Virus record (IMG/VR): IMGVR_UViG_3300048893_000042
Coordinates: 1 to 64,000 of that record
Length of the DNA stretch: 64,000 nt
Reading direction: 5' to 3' (one strand)
Origin: a virus
Lineage: Duplodnaviria; Caudoviricetes
How positions within the stretch are numbered: the first letter of the stretch is position 1; each line of letters starts with the position of its first letter. The translations under genes and the position numbers were made by a program. Under the pieces are notes generated by a model. That model had not been told where the DNA came from and ran no database searches. It saw only the letters and a list, made by a program, of their open reading frames with translations. Below are positions 54,896 to 63,301 of this stretch, one piece after another.

Positions 54896-55261
54896 TCACT
54901 CTTCCGTCACAACAACCTTGGCCGGCAGCTTCCCCAATTCTTCGGGGTGGTCCGACCTCATGCTCCACATGGCCAGTTCTACTGCCCTGACCCAGTCCCT
55001 GGCCATGCTCAGGTGCCGGATCACCTCTCCGCTCTGGGTCGTGGTCCTTGTGGTGAAGTTCCTTGACCGTCCCACCGGCTCGTGGCGGTGGACCGGTGTG
55101 GCACCACTCAGTTCCTTCCTCAGCTTCTCCAGCTGGGCATCCGCCACCGCTCGGCTGGAGAAGTCCGACCGGTGGTGGCGGGCCCAGGCAGCCACGCCCT
55201 TGTCATGGGCCTCAGCCGCCAGCTGGTTGAACAGTTCGGTCAGCTCATGGACCGTCGCCAT
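54896..55261 (-). CDS. protein with the same ~50-aa helical domain at its N-terminus
   Basis: TVHELTELFNQL..EA...GV.AW.RHH.SDFSSR. Confidence 0.7.
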   Translation of the reverse strand: MATVHELTELFNQLAAEAHDKGVAAWARHHRSDFSSRAVADAQLEKLRKELSGATPVHRHEPVGRSRNFTTRTTTQSGEVIRHLSMARDWVRAVELAMWSMRSDHPEELGKLPAKVVVTEE

Positions 55262-55487
55262 GGATGGCCTCCTTGGCCTCGCGCTTGCCCCGGCGGACCA
55301 CCTGGGCCACGATGGTGCCGAAGAGGACCAGGGGCCAGAACGGCACCGCCGACCCGCACATGACGCGGTCCCAGAAGTGGTCCGCGTTGGGGCACCGGGG
55401 CTGGTAGTCGCGCAGGCCCCGGTAGGTGCCGAGGGCACCCGCGAGGTAGAACGAATCCAGGATGATGTGCAGGGCAGTCTGGTTCAT
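55245..55487 (-). CDS. small membrane protein
   Basis: Two hydrophobic segments; CGSAVPFWPL. Confidence 0.6.
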   Translation of the reverse strand: MNQTALHIILDSFYLAGALGTYRGLRDYQPRCPNADHFWDRVMCGSAVPFWPLVLFGTIVAQVVRRGKREAKEAIHGDGP

Positions 55488-55735
55488 CTCATCAACTCCG
55501 CCTTGTGGTGGCCCCGCAGGACCAGGAGCACGGCCCAGCTGTCCGTCGTGAGGCCCCTGCGGTGCTCGTTGGGCTGTGCCATGGTTGCTTCCCGCCGTGC
55601 GGCAGCTATGGCTGACCTCATGTCAGGAGCCTCTATGCAGTTGGCCCAGTAGCACTGACCCGCCGCATCGAGGTCAAGTTCCATCTGCTCGGTCAACCAG
55701 GTGGGGTATCGCAGGAGCACCGACCACTCACTCAT
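55484..55735 (-). CDS. hypothetical protein
   Basis: WSVLLRYP...EAPD..SAI.AA...VLLVL.GHH. Confidence 0.6.
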   Translation of the reverse strand: MSEWSVLLRYPTWLTEQMELDLDAAGQCYWANCIEAPDMRSAIAAARREATMAQPNEHRRGLTTDSWAVLLVLRGHHKAELMR

Positions 55736-55907
55736 GATGCCGCACCGGTGCCATGGAGATGAGTGTGTGGTCATCCTTGGCCAGCCTCACCTCGCAGTCC
55801 TCGTACTGGGTCATGACGCGGTCAAGACCCCTGGCAGCGTCGTCAGTGCTGTGGAACTCGGCCACGTACTTCACCACGCCGTCCTTCTGTGCTGTGATCG
55901 TCACCAT
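55728..55907 (-). CDS. 59-aa hypothetical protein
   Basis: Manual translation MVTITAQKDGVVKYVAEF...; RBS GGAG. Confidence 0.5.
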   Translation of the reverse strand: MVTITAQKDGVVKYVAEFHSTDDAARGLDRVMTQYEDCEVRLAKDDHTLISMAPVRHHE

Positions 55908-55951
55908 GTTGGCTCACTCCTCCAGGTCCGGTGCCGCCGTCCGCGCTCGGG

Positions 55952-56013
55952 AGGGTCCAGCTGTACTACCCTACAGCTGGACCCTGAACCCGTGGCTCCT
56001 GCGACACCGGAGC
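55952..56013 (-). repeat. dispersed intergenic motif, copy 3, with a perfect 14-bp stem
   Basis: AGGGTCCAGCTGTA-CTACCC-TACAGCTGGACCCT (55952-55985), then GCTCC-9-GGAGC (55995-56013). Confidence 0.8.
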
Positions 56014-56031
56014 AGGTCAGTTTTCTGAGGC

Positions 56032-57120
56032 TCAGGCTGCCTTGGCCAGGACCTCCCACTCGGTCTTCGGGAGCTCGATCAACCGGCCACCGAACTGCTC
56101 GAACTGCGAGGCCCGGTCATAGTTGTCGAGGTCTTCCGCCGTCCGGGTGATCGCGTTCATCAGACCGTACTGGGTCAGGTCGCCCCCACGCACCAGGTGG
56201 TGCAGGATGCTGCCGCGCTCAGTGTCGGTCATGTCGAACTTCTTGGCCGTGACCTCCACCACCTGCACCGGGTCGCCAGTGATCTGGTTCTTCGCGGTCG
56301 CGGCGATCTTGTCCACCGTGGCCTCGAACTGGGCCTCCTGGAAGGCACCCTGAACCACGTCACCGATCTGGGCCCACAGGGCCGCATCGGTCAGCCTGCG
56401 GGTGTTGTCAGTCAGCAGCCGATAGGTGTCCTCACCGACCTGCTCGCGCCCGCCCAGGTGCATGGTGCGCTTCGAACGCTCGCTGATCACGAGCAGGTTG
56501 GTGCACCCCCCGGTGTAGATGCTTGTGTGGACCGCCAGGGCGCCATAGCCCACCTCGCTGTTTGACAGCACCAGGGCGGGGGACACGGTGTCGAAGCGGT
56601 GGTGGCCCTCACCCAGGCTGACCCCGGTGGGAAGGTCGCGCTTGATGCGGCTGTCCACCACCTTGAGGTACAGCTTGGTCTCCGTCACCTCGCAGCTCAG
56701 CACCTCCACGCCCAGCCGCAGCAGCGGTGGGAGCGCCGCCTCCATGAGCTGGTCGTTGTCCAGTGCCCGGAAGGCGTTGGACAGGAAGGCCCGTGCGGTG
56801 CCGGCAGTGCCGTCGTTGAAGGTCCGGATCATCCTGGTGTCCGCCTTCTTGTGGAGCCAGGTGTTGATGTTGGAGGCCAGCAGGTCGGGTGCTTCGGCGG
56901 CCATCCGATCATAGTAGGCCTTCGGCACCTTGGTGTACTCGCTGAGCTGCCCGTGGATCACGCCGGTGGTCTGCAGGTCCACGGGCAGGCCGCGCACGGT
57001 GAGGTGCCGCCCGTCCTGCTCCATGACGATGTTCCGGGTGTCGGCGAGGTAGTCATGCTTGAGGTCACGCTGGCGCTCAATCTCCTTGGCCAGGTCGGTC
57101 AGTGTGCGTCCGATCTTCAT
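56032..57120 (-). CDS. DUF932-family protein
   Basis: TLTDLAKEIERQ..KHDY, ARAFLSNAFR.LDN, NSEVGYG.L, CTNL, LMNAIT..A. Confidence 0.75.
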   Translation of the reverse strand: MKIGRTLTDLAKEIERQRDLKHDYLADTRNIVMEQDGRHLTVRGLPVDLQTTGVIHGQLSEYTKVPKAYYDRMAAEAPDLLASNINTWLHKKADTRMIRTFNDGTAGTARAFLSNAFRALDNDQLMEAALPPLLRLGVEVLSCEVTETKLYLKVVDSRIKRDLPTGVSLGEGHHRFDTVSPALVLSNSEVGYGALAVHTSIYTGGCTNLLVISERSKRTMHLGGREQVGEDTYRLLTDNTRRLTDAALWAQIGDVVQGAFQEAQFEATVDKIAATAKNQITGDPVQVVEVTAKKFDMTDTERGSILHHLVRGGDLTQYGLMNAITRTAEDLDNYDRASQFEQFGGRLIELPKTEWEVLAKAA

Positions 57121-57154
57121 CTCAGTTCCTCCAATGCAGCGGGTGTGCTGCCAC

Positions 57155-57181
57155 CTGCCCTCGCTGTGCGCGCGAGGGCAG
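57155..57181 (-). terminator. 10-bp hairpin between genes
   Basis: CTGCCCTCGC-7-GCGAGGGCAG. Confidence 0.4.
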
Positions 57182-57193
57182 AGGGCAGGGCAC

Positions 57194-57532
57194 TCAGCCT
57201 TGCTTCTTCGCTTCGATCCACCACCCCAGCAGGGGCAAGGGCTTGTTGTCAGGGTCGGTCAGGTCGTCCTCCAGGTGGACTTTGTCACCAGCTAGGGCAC
57301 GCATGACGGCCATGGACAGGCGGCTGGACCGTTCGAGCAGGGCCAGCTCAACCGGGTCCGTGGTCTCCGCCCTCGCGGCCTCAACCGCCGCGAGGTAGCG
57401 CGTGTTCTCGTCGCCCGTCGCCCAGAGGGTCTGGACGTGGGTGAAGGCCTTCTTGACCCGCTCTTCGAGGGTTGTCGCACCGGCGCAGGCCGGGCGGGTG
57501 TCCACCACCGCGATGCTCATGATGTTGCTCAC
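57194..57532 (-). CDS. hypothetical protein
   Basis: GTGA overlap; the track ORF over-extends upstream. Confidence 0.55.
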   Translation of the reverse strand: MSNIMSIAVVDTRPACAGATTLEERVKKAFTHVQTLWATGDENTRYLAAVEAARAETTDPVELALLERSSRLSMAVMRALAGDKVHLEDDLTDPDNKPLPLLGWWIEAKKQG

Positions 57533-57783
57533 TGTCCTATCCTCCGTTGCCCCAGTTGGGAAGGCAAGCGCCCAAGGCCCACTGCCCTCGCGGCGTCCTC
57601 GATGGTGGAGGTCACGGGTGGGTTGCCCGGGGTCGGTGCGACCACCGCACCTGTGCCCCAACGGTTGTAGCTCTGGACGCAGCCAGCGGGCACCACCTCC
57701 CCCACTGGATAGTAGCTCTTGCATGGTGCCTGTGCCAGGGCTGGCAGTGCCAGCAAGCACAGGGCCGCAGCGATCCTCATCAT
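57529..57783 (-). CDS. small secreted protein
   Basis: Signal peptide MMRIAAALCLLALPALAQA. Confidence 0.6.
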   Translation of the reverse strand: MMRIAAALCLLALPALAQAPCKSYYPVGEVVPAGCVQSYNRWGTGAVVAPTPGNPPVTSTIEDAARAVGLGRLPSQLGQRRIGQ

Positions 57784-57786
57784 GAC

Positions 57787-58680
57787 TCACATCCCCATCT
57801 CTTCAAGCATGTTGTCGAAGGTATCGAGGTCCTCAGCCTCGCGGGCCAGGGCCTTGTTCCAGGCGTCTGGGTCCCGCAGCCGACCCACTGCTGTGCTGAT
57901 CAGCTCGCGGATGGTGCGCGGGTCCAGGGCATCGAGCTCCCACGATTCGTCGCCGAACTCCTCCTGGTAGGCCTGGAACCGGCTGTCGCTGTGCTTGGCC
58001 GGGTCGGGCGGCAGGTTGTGCTGTTCCACCTGGTCCTTGTTGAGGGCCAGCCGCTGGACGGCCACGGGCACGCCGCAGAAGACCTGCAGCCGCTCGCGGT
58101 TGTCGCGGGTCATGTCCAGGCCGCTCGGGTCGTGGTCACCGAGGTGGAGCACAATGGGCCGCTGGCCCCGCTGGTAGTACCCAGCGAAGCGCTGGCCGGC
58201 TCGCCACTGCTCGCTCTGTGAGTTGTAGCCCCGGCACGAGAAGAAGTCCACCCTCAGCTCGTTGCAGATGCCGGCGATCACACCCGACAGGGCCTCCTTC
58301 TCGATCCAGACCTCAGGCCGCATCGGCTGACCCTCCCACAGGTCGCGACGGTATCCCGCCTTGGCCTCGCGGATGGCCTCCCCCGGGTGACGGTAGGTCC
58401 GCAGGCCCATCAGGTTGCGGGTGCGGTCCTCGATGCCGTCCCAGGGCAGCAGGCCCGCCATGCGGCCGTCGCTCACCGCGTTGCCGATGCGGTTGTAGCT
58501 GCTCATCGTGTTCGGTAGCACCTTGCGCTGCACGAACTGGTAGTACAGCTGGCGCAGCGTGAGCACCAGGTTCTGCTGCCGGTACTCGGCCATGATGGAG
58601 CCGGCGACACGCACCAGCTCCAGGGTTCCCGCCGACAGCTTCTTGTCGCTGTAGCGGATCAGTGTGCCTTCGTTGCTCAC
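57787..58680 (-). CDS. Topoisomerase VI subunit A/Spo11-like (5Y-CAP plus TOPRIM) protein
   Basis: LTLRQLYYQ (catalytic Tyr-like), EVWIEKEAL, RGY.S, LGDHDPSGLDM, WELDAL. Confidence 0.75.
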   Translation of the reverse strand: MSNEGTLIRYSDKKLSAGTLELVRVAGSIMAEYRQQNLVLTLRQLYYQFVQRKVLPNTMSSYNRIGNAVSDGRMAGLLPWDGIEDRTRNLMGLRTYRHPGEAIREAKAGYRRDLWEGQPMRPEVWIEKEALSGVIAGICNELRVDFFSCRGYNSQSEQWRAGQRFAGYYQRGQRPIVLHLGDHDPSGLDMTRDNRERLQVFCGVPVAVQRLALNKDQVEQHNLPPDPAKHSDSRFQAYQEEFGDESWELDALDPRTIRELISTAVGRLRDPDAWNKALAREAEDLDTFDNMLEEMGM

Positions 58681-58925
58681 CTGACCTGACTCCTCTTCCT
58701 GAGCACCGGCGGCAGCACCACCGCCCGTGCGGCGATCTGCCGCCGGGGTTCGGTGCTGCACCGGTCTGGAAACTTCTTCACCCTGACGGGCAGTGGGAAC
58801 TTGTAGCGTGCGATCTTGACGGGGGGCAGGTCGCGCGCCACCTCCAGGGCACGCTGCCTGGTTGGCCACTCAGACACCGTCTCCCAGTCCCCCGGTGCGA
58901 AGCCGAGCTGGATGCGATATGTCAC
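58677..58925 (-). CDS. hypothetical protein
   Basis: GTGA overlaps. Confidence 0.5.
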   Translation of the reverse strand: MTYRIQLGFAPGDWETVSEWPTRQRALEVARDLPPVKIARYKFPLPVRVKKFPDRCSTEPRRQIAARAVVLPPVLRKRSQVR

Positions 58926-59893
58926 CGTCCAATCCTCCTCACTGCCTGGCCGCCGCCGACCTGGCCATCCAGGCTGATGCGGCTGCCCACGTCGCTGCCC
59001 GCCCGGTAGGCGGAGCGGTCGATGCTGTCGTCACTGCGGCGGCCACCGCCACGGTTGTAGCGCCAGCCGTTCGTCTTCCACCACCGCTCGTCCGCCTCCT
59101 TGCGCTGACGCTCCTGCTCGGCAGCCTCCTCAGGGTGCTCGGAAGCCCAGCGTGTGTGGGCCTCGCGCTCCAGCCGGCGTTGCTCAGCGAACCTGGCTCT
59201 CTGGGCACGCTGCTCGGCACTCCATCCCTCGCCATAGAGGAAGTCGTTGTTGGCATCCTCCTCCAGCTGCTGGACATCGGCGATGGTCAGGGCGCGCGAC
59301 GTGGATGCGCCGGTCGTGTCCACCTGCCGGGCCTCGGCAAGCTTCTGCTGCCGGCGCTCGGCCAGGCGTTCGACCAGCCTGTCGGCCATGCCAGCCCGGA
59401 AGGACATCGCCCAGTTCGAGTACCGCAGGTTGTTGTTCCACTCCTGGAGGCCTGAGATGGCCTCAACCATCGCCCGCTCGACAGCCTCCTCCAGGTAGAA
59501 GGCCATGTGCTGGGTGGCGGTCGTGTTGACCACCCTGCCGACCAGCCGGTGTCGCTTCTGCTTGAGGCGCTTCTCACGGGTGCCACCCCAGTCGCGGTCT
59601 GCGACCGTCTTCCACTCGGTGACGTCCTGGGTCCAGTACATGCAGAAGTGCAGCTCGGCCACTGAGCGCCAGAGCTGGCGCTGCCACTTGTAGAAGCCGC
59701 CACGCACCCGCGCATCCTCGCGCTTGCCGTCCTGGCCGCTGTTCCGTTCGACCTCAGCCGTGGTCAGGTTCCACTCGTCCATCAGCTCCTGGGCCTTGGC
59801 CGCTGCCACTGATGCTTCGTTCTCGTTCGGGCTGTCCGCCAGGTTCAGCAGCTTCTGTATCCTCGCCAGTATCGTGTCAGGTGCGTCAGCCAT
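58922..59893 (-). CDS. DUF2786-domain protein
   Basis: ILARIQKLLNLADSPNENEASVAAAKAQELM..WNL. Confidence 0.8.
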   Translation of the reverse strand: MADAPDTILARIQKLLNLADSPNENEASVAAAKAQELMDEWNLTTAEVERNSGQDGKREDARVRGGFYKWQRQLWRSVAELHFCMYWTQDVTEWKTVADRDWGGTREKRLKQKRHRLVGRVVNTTATQHMAFYLEEAVERAMVEAISGLQEWNNNLRYSNWAMSFRAGMADRLVERLAERRQQKLAEARQVDTTGASTSRALTIADVQQLEEDANNDFLYGEGWSAEQRAQRARFAEQRRLEREAHTRWASEHPEEAAEQERQRKEADERWWKTNGWRYNRGGGRRSDDSIDRSAYRAGSDVGSRISLDGQVGGGQAVRRIGR

Positions 59894-59953
59894 GGTTCAC
59901 TCCTCCAAGCAAAGTGGACGGCGGCACAGGCCACCGTCCACGGGGCAGGTCAG

Positions 59954-60364
59954 TCAGGCAGCAGCATCGTCCATGGCGCTGTCCGCCTCGTCAATGGCGT
60001 CCAGCACCTCGCCGATGGTGTCCTCGAAGCCATCGGCCAGGGGGTCGATGTCGTTGAGGGCATCGCGGGCCTCGCCGATCTTCTCGGCAGCCGTTTCCAG
60101 GTTGTCCGCAGCCTGCTGAGCGTTCTCGCCGCGTTCGCTGCCCTGGAGCGCTTCGGGCATGTTGTCGTAGTATTCCTGCTCCTCGTCCTTGAGGCTGTCC
60201 ACCTCGCTGGCGATGTTGTCGAGGCCCGCGTCACCGAGTTCGTCCACGGCAGCCTTCAGGGCCTCGCCCTCCAGCTCACCGTCCCGGATGGCCTCGATGG
60301 CGGCCTTGGCCTCGCCCAGCGCCTTCTGCTGGGCCGCGATGTCCTTCCTGCGCTTCTGGTTCAT
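59954..60364 (-). CDS. acidic helical conserved phage protein
   Basis: MNQKRRK...DEEQEYYDNMPE.LQGSERGE. Confidence 0.75.
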   Translation of the reverse strand: MNQKRRKDIAAQQKALGEAKAAIEAIRDGELEGEALKAAVDELGDAGLDNIASEVDSLKDEEQEYYDNMPEALQGSERGENAQQAADNLETAAEKIGEARDALNDIDPLADGFEDTIGEVLDAIDEADSAMDDAAA

Positions 60365-60431
60365 GTCACTCTCCTGCAGCGTGAGTGCTGCCCACTGCCC
60401 ACCTCACGGATGGGCAGACGGCACCGCTCAC

Positions 60432-60683
60432 CTAGTCGTTGATGATCAGCAGGCCTGCGATGATGTTGCGGGCCTCGCTCCTGTAACGCCAGCCAGCCAC
60501 ATCCTCGCCACTGGCGTCCATCTCCACGTGGCTGTAGGTGAAGTGGTGCTCAGCGCCGCTGGCGGCACGCACCACCACCTCATCCGGCGGGAACTCCACG
60601 GCACAGATGCCCAGGTCACTGGCCTCGGCAACGTACCATCCCTCAGAGGTGAGGGTGAACTGGTCTGCGCGGTACTCAGCCAT
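60432..60683 (-). CDS. hypothetical protein
   Basis: EASDLG...EDVAGWRY...LLIIND. Confidence 0.65.
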   Translation of the reverse strand: MAEYRADQFTLTSEGWYVAEASDLGICAVEFPPDEVVVRAASGAEHHFTYSHVEMDASGEDVAGWRYRSEARNIIAGLLIIND

Positions 60684-61146
60684 GCATCATCTCCCAGCAG
60701 TCGGGTCCGATCCCCCGGTCAATGCTCTCCGGGTGGGTCAGCTCGCGGCCACATCGGCCGCAGTGGTTGTGGTGCCTGACCTCCAGGCAAGGGGCCAGCT
60801 CACCGCCCTCCAGGTGTTCCCAGAAGTAGGTCCAGGCCCGCACCGCGAAGCTGGAGGCGGTCAGCCGGCTGGACTTCGTGAGGCGGAATCGGGGGAACAG
60901 GTCACCATCCATCACACCCATGTAGGTGTACTGGTCTCCATCGGTCAGCACCTTGACGAACCAGCGGTCCTGCGGCTCACCCGCGTCGTCGGTGGCCCGG
61001 TCCACCCGGTAGGTGTAGTGTGAGCCGGTGCGCTGGCTGCGCAGCGTCAGGGTGGCGTGCCCGGCGAGGGCATACTGCCGCACCTCGCCGGGGTCGGTCA
61101 TGAGGTGGCCGTCGATCCGCTCGGCCAGTTCCGTCAGTGCTCCCAT
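60676..61146 (-). CDS. DUF6011-like protein (OB-like fold plus zinc ribbon)
   Basis: TLTLRSQRTG.HYTYRV; CGRCGRELTHPESIDRGIGPDC. Confidence 0.75.
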   Translation of the reverse strand: MGALTELAERIDGHLMTDPGEVRQYALAGHATLTLRSQRTGSHYTYRVDRATDDAGEPQDRWFVKVLTDGDQYTYMGVMDGDLFPRFRLTKSSRLTASSFAVRAWTYFWEHLEGGELAPCLEVRHHNHCGRCGRELTHPESIDRGIGPDCWEMMHG

Positions 61147-61156
61147 CTGGGCCTCC

Positions 61157-61381
61157 TCAGCTCAGCACAACGGCGGTCTGCCGTTCGTCGCGGTCACCAT
61201 CCTCAGGGTCCGTGACCTTGGGCATGCGGTGGTACGCACTCCAGACCACCTGCTGCACCTCAACCTGCTCTACCTTGGGGGCCACGGTCGTGTGCCAGTG
61301 GTCACCGTAGTTGTAGCTGAAGTGGACCTCAGCATCCGGGTCCATCAGGCCCAGCTCTTCGATCAGCTCACTTACCTTCAT
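61157..61381 (-). CDS. hypothetical protein
   Basis: MKVSELIEEL...DPDAEV. Confidence 0.65.
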   Translation of the reverse strand: MKVSELIEELGLMDPDAEVHFSYNYGDHWHTTVAPKVEQVEVQQVVWSAYHRMPKVTDPEDGDRDERQTAVVLS

Positions 61382-61449
61382 GTCATCCTCCGTTCTCAGC
61401 TCAGTGCTGACCGCTGGACCGGCGTGCCGGCCCAGACGTCAGAACTCAG

Positions 61450-61578
61450 TCAGTCGTCATCGTGCTCTCTGTTCGACAGTGTGCGAACGAACACGCTGAC
61501 GAACCCACAGCTGGTGGAGTAGCACCGGAAGAGGAACCGATGCCCCCACTCATTCTCGGTGGTGAGGTAGTAGCTCAT
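61450..61578 (-). CDS. 42-aa hypothetical protein
   Basis: Manual translation; ATGA overlap. Confidence 0.4.
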   Translation of the reverse strand: MSYYLTTENEWGHRFLFRCYSTSCGFVSVFVRTLSNREHDDD

Positions 61579-61790
61579 GCCGCATCCTCCTGGTGGCAGT
61601 CCACGAACACGTCCACCCAGTCGCGGGCTTCGAGGATGTTGTCACCCTGCCAGCCCATGCTCATGTCGTGGAGGTGGACGAAGACCGCCAGCCCACCGAA
61701 GCGGGTCAGGGTCGCAATGATCAGGAAGCCTGACCGCTCCTCGCGGTGGACCTGCCGGACCAGCTTCACGTCGTGGGTCATCGTCAGCAC
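61575..61790 (-). CDS. hypothetical protein
   Basis: Tiled ORF. Confidence 0.55.
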   Translation of the reverse strand: MLTMTHDVKLVRQVHREERSGFLIIATLTRFGGLAVFVHLHDMSMGWQGDNILEARDWVDVFVDCHQEDAA

Positions 61791-61993
61791 TCCTCAATGA
61801 TGTCGTGGACCGCATCGAGTGCGGTGTGGAAGGGCAGTTCCATCAGGGTGGATCGCACCCACTGCCATGCGCTGCTGAGCGGGTCGTGCCCGTTCACCAG
61901 CCGGCTCCTGAAGTAGTCCACCTGGACCCCGTGTCGGTCTTCGGTGACCACCGCGCGGCGCTTGCCGTCACTCGACAGGATCGTGATGCTCAT
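61784..61993 (-). CDS. hypothetical protein
   Basis: ATG 61993 after GGAG. Confidence 0.55.
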   Translation of the reverse strand: MSITILSSDGKRRAVVTEDRHGVQVDYFRSRLVNGHDPLSSAWQWVRSTLMELPFHTALDAVHDIIEEC

Positions 61994-62105
61994 TGTTCCG
62001 CTCCTGCAGTCGGGTGAAGAAGCCTGGGTGCTCAACCGCAGCCAGGTCGGCATCCGTGCGCTCGCGCACCCGGTCCGCCTCGATCAGCTTGTCAATTGGG
62101 TTCAT
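61968..62105 (-). CDS. 45-aa hypothetical protein
   Basis: RBS AAGGAGG before ATG 62105. Confidence 0.5.
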   Translation of the reverse strand: MNPIDKLIEADRVRERTDADLAAVEHPGFFTRLQERNNEHHDPVE

Positions 62106-62343
62106 CGCTCGCCTCCTTGTAGTCGGGTTCGATGTTGACCTCCTCGCGGGCCCAGGTCCACTCGGCCATGTGACCCTCGGCATCGAACCGCATCTCGTGG
62201 AGCTGGTGGCTGCTTGGGTCGAAGAGCAGCACCGTCACACCGTCGTCCAGGTGGCAGATCAGGGTGCCCGGCTCTGCGCCCGCGAAGGCGTACCAGTCCT
62301 GCCGGGTCATCTCGTGGAACTCGTGTCCAAGAACCTTCATCAC
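62092..62343 (-). CDS. hypothetical protein
   Basis: MTRQDWYAFAGAEPG. Confidence 0.6.
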   Translation of the reverse strand: MMKVLGHEFHEMTRQDWYAFAGAEPGTLICHLDDGVTVLLFDPSSHQLHEMRFDAEGHMAEWTWAREEVNIEPDYKEASDEPN

Positions 62344-62522
62344 TTCCTCCACGCTGGGTGCGCTTCGCTGAGGCACCAGGTCGGCACCCCGGGTCTCATA
62401 TCAACCAGGGCCCAGAAGGCCTTCGCCGCTTCGGCCTGGTCGTCATAGTCGCGGCTGACCTTGGTCAGCGTCTGGGTGAGCGCTGACTGCTGTCCGCGCT
62501 GACCTTCGATTGCCCACTTCAT
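62340..62522 (-). CDS. hypothetical protein
   Basis: ATGA overlap. Confidence 0.5.
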   Translation of the reverse strand: MKWAIEGQRGQQSALTQTLTKVSRDYDDQAEAAKAFWALVDMRPGVPTWCLSEAHPAWRK

Positions 62523-62677
62523 TGCTTCACCTCGATCACGGTGATGTTCGGCTTGTTCTGGTCCCGATGGGTGTACATCCGGCTGCGTCCATCATAGAAG
62601 GACACAACGTAGCCCTCAGACCGCAGTTCCTGGTCTGTCTTGACCAGGTCGGTGGTTTCGATCCGCTTGGTTCTCAC
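62519..62677 (-). CDS. hypothetical protein, first gene after the structured leader
   Basis: RBS AAGGAG before GTG 62677. Confidence 0.55.
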   Translation of the reverse strand: MRTKRIETTDLVKTDQELRSEGYVVSFYDGRSRMYTHRDQNKPNITVIEVKQ

Positions 62678-62703
62678 GGTGCTCTCCTTGGTTGGCTTGC
62701 CGC

Positions 62704-62990
62704 AGCGCCGGTGGCCGGCGCTCGGGCAAGACAACGAGGCCCGCCGGGTGGCGGGCCTGTCGTCTTATATCTCAGTTGTCATCCCCGGCTGGGCCGGGCT
62801 GCGCCGGGATCGACCCGGTTGCGCGGTAGACGGGGTGTGACCCGTGGCCCCACTTTTGGAGGGTGGCGGCCTGGCGCTCGCATAACCCGTTATCCGCAGC
62901 CCGTTAGTACGGGGGGCCACTTCGTGGCGGGTGGGGGTTTTAGCTTTGCGGTGAATTCCGCCAGCGCTCCGGTTCCAGGCCGGTTCAACG
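62704..62990 (-). ncRNA. candidate structured RNA leader / small RNA
   Basis: About nine adjacent hairpins between a promoter-like sequence and the first RBS. Confidence 0.45.
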
Positions 62991-62996
62991 AAGCGG

Positions 62997-63025
62997 ACCA
63001 TACCCGGGTGGTTGATGAAGGTCAA
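62997..63025 (-). promoter_or_regulatory. sigma70 promoter TTGACC-17-TATGGT
   Basis: GGTCAA 63020-63025 and ACCATA 62997-63002 on plus; shares TTGACCTTCRTCA with the 50501 promoter. Confidence 0.6.
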
Positions 63026-63064
63026 CCTCGAAGTTGAGGTTTCCTCACCCAATCAGTTTGATTT

Positions 63065-63301
63065 TTATCCATCACCAGCGTCGTCCTCCCGCGAGCTATC
63101 TCCCGCGAAGGAGGCCCGCTCCAGCTGCTCGGCGACACGCCGGAGCTCGGCGGACCACTCCACCAGATGGCGCCGGGTGACGTGCCGCTTGACGATGGCG
63201 AGGCTCATGGCACCCACGACACGGGCCACCCTGCGGTGCCACCCTTCGACCTGCGATCCGAGGCCTTGGCTCAAAGAGTGCCTCCGGTGCCGGAGGAGCA
63301 A
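63065..63301 (-). CDS. possible hypothetical protein
   Basis: TTG start lies inside element B; weak support. Confidence 0.3.
   Translation of the reverse strand: MLLRHRRHSLSQGLGSQVEGWHRRVARVVGAMSLAIVKRHVTRRHLVEWSAELRRVAEQLERASFAGDSSREDDAGDG

Noticed and set aside
62790-62860. T-arm-like CCGGGTCGATCCCGG on the minus strand suggesting a tRNA
   Set aside because: No TTC loop, D-arm, anticodon arm or 7-bp acceptor stem; kept only as part of the structured leader
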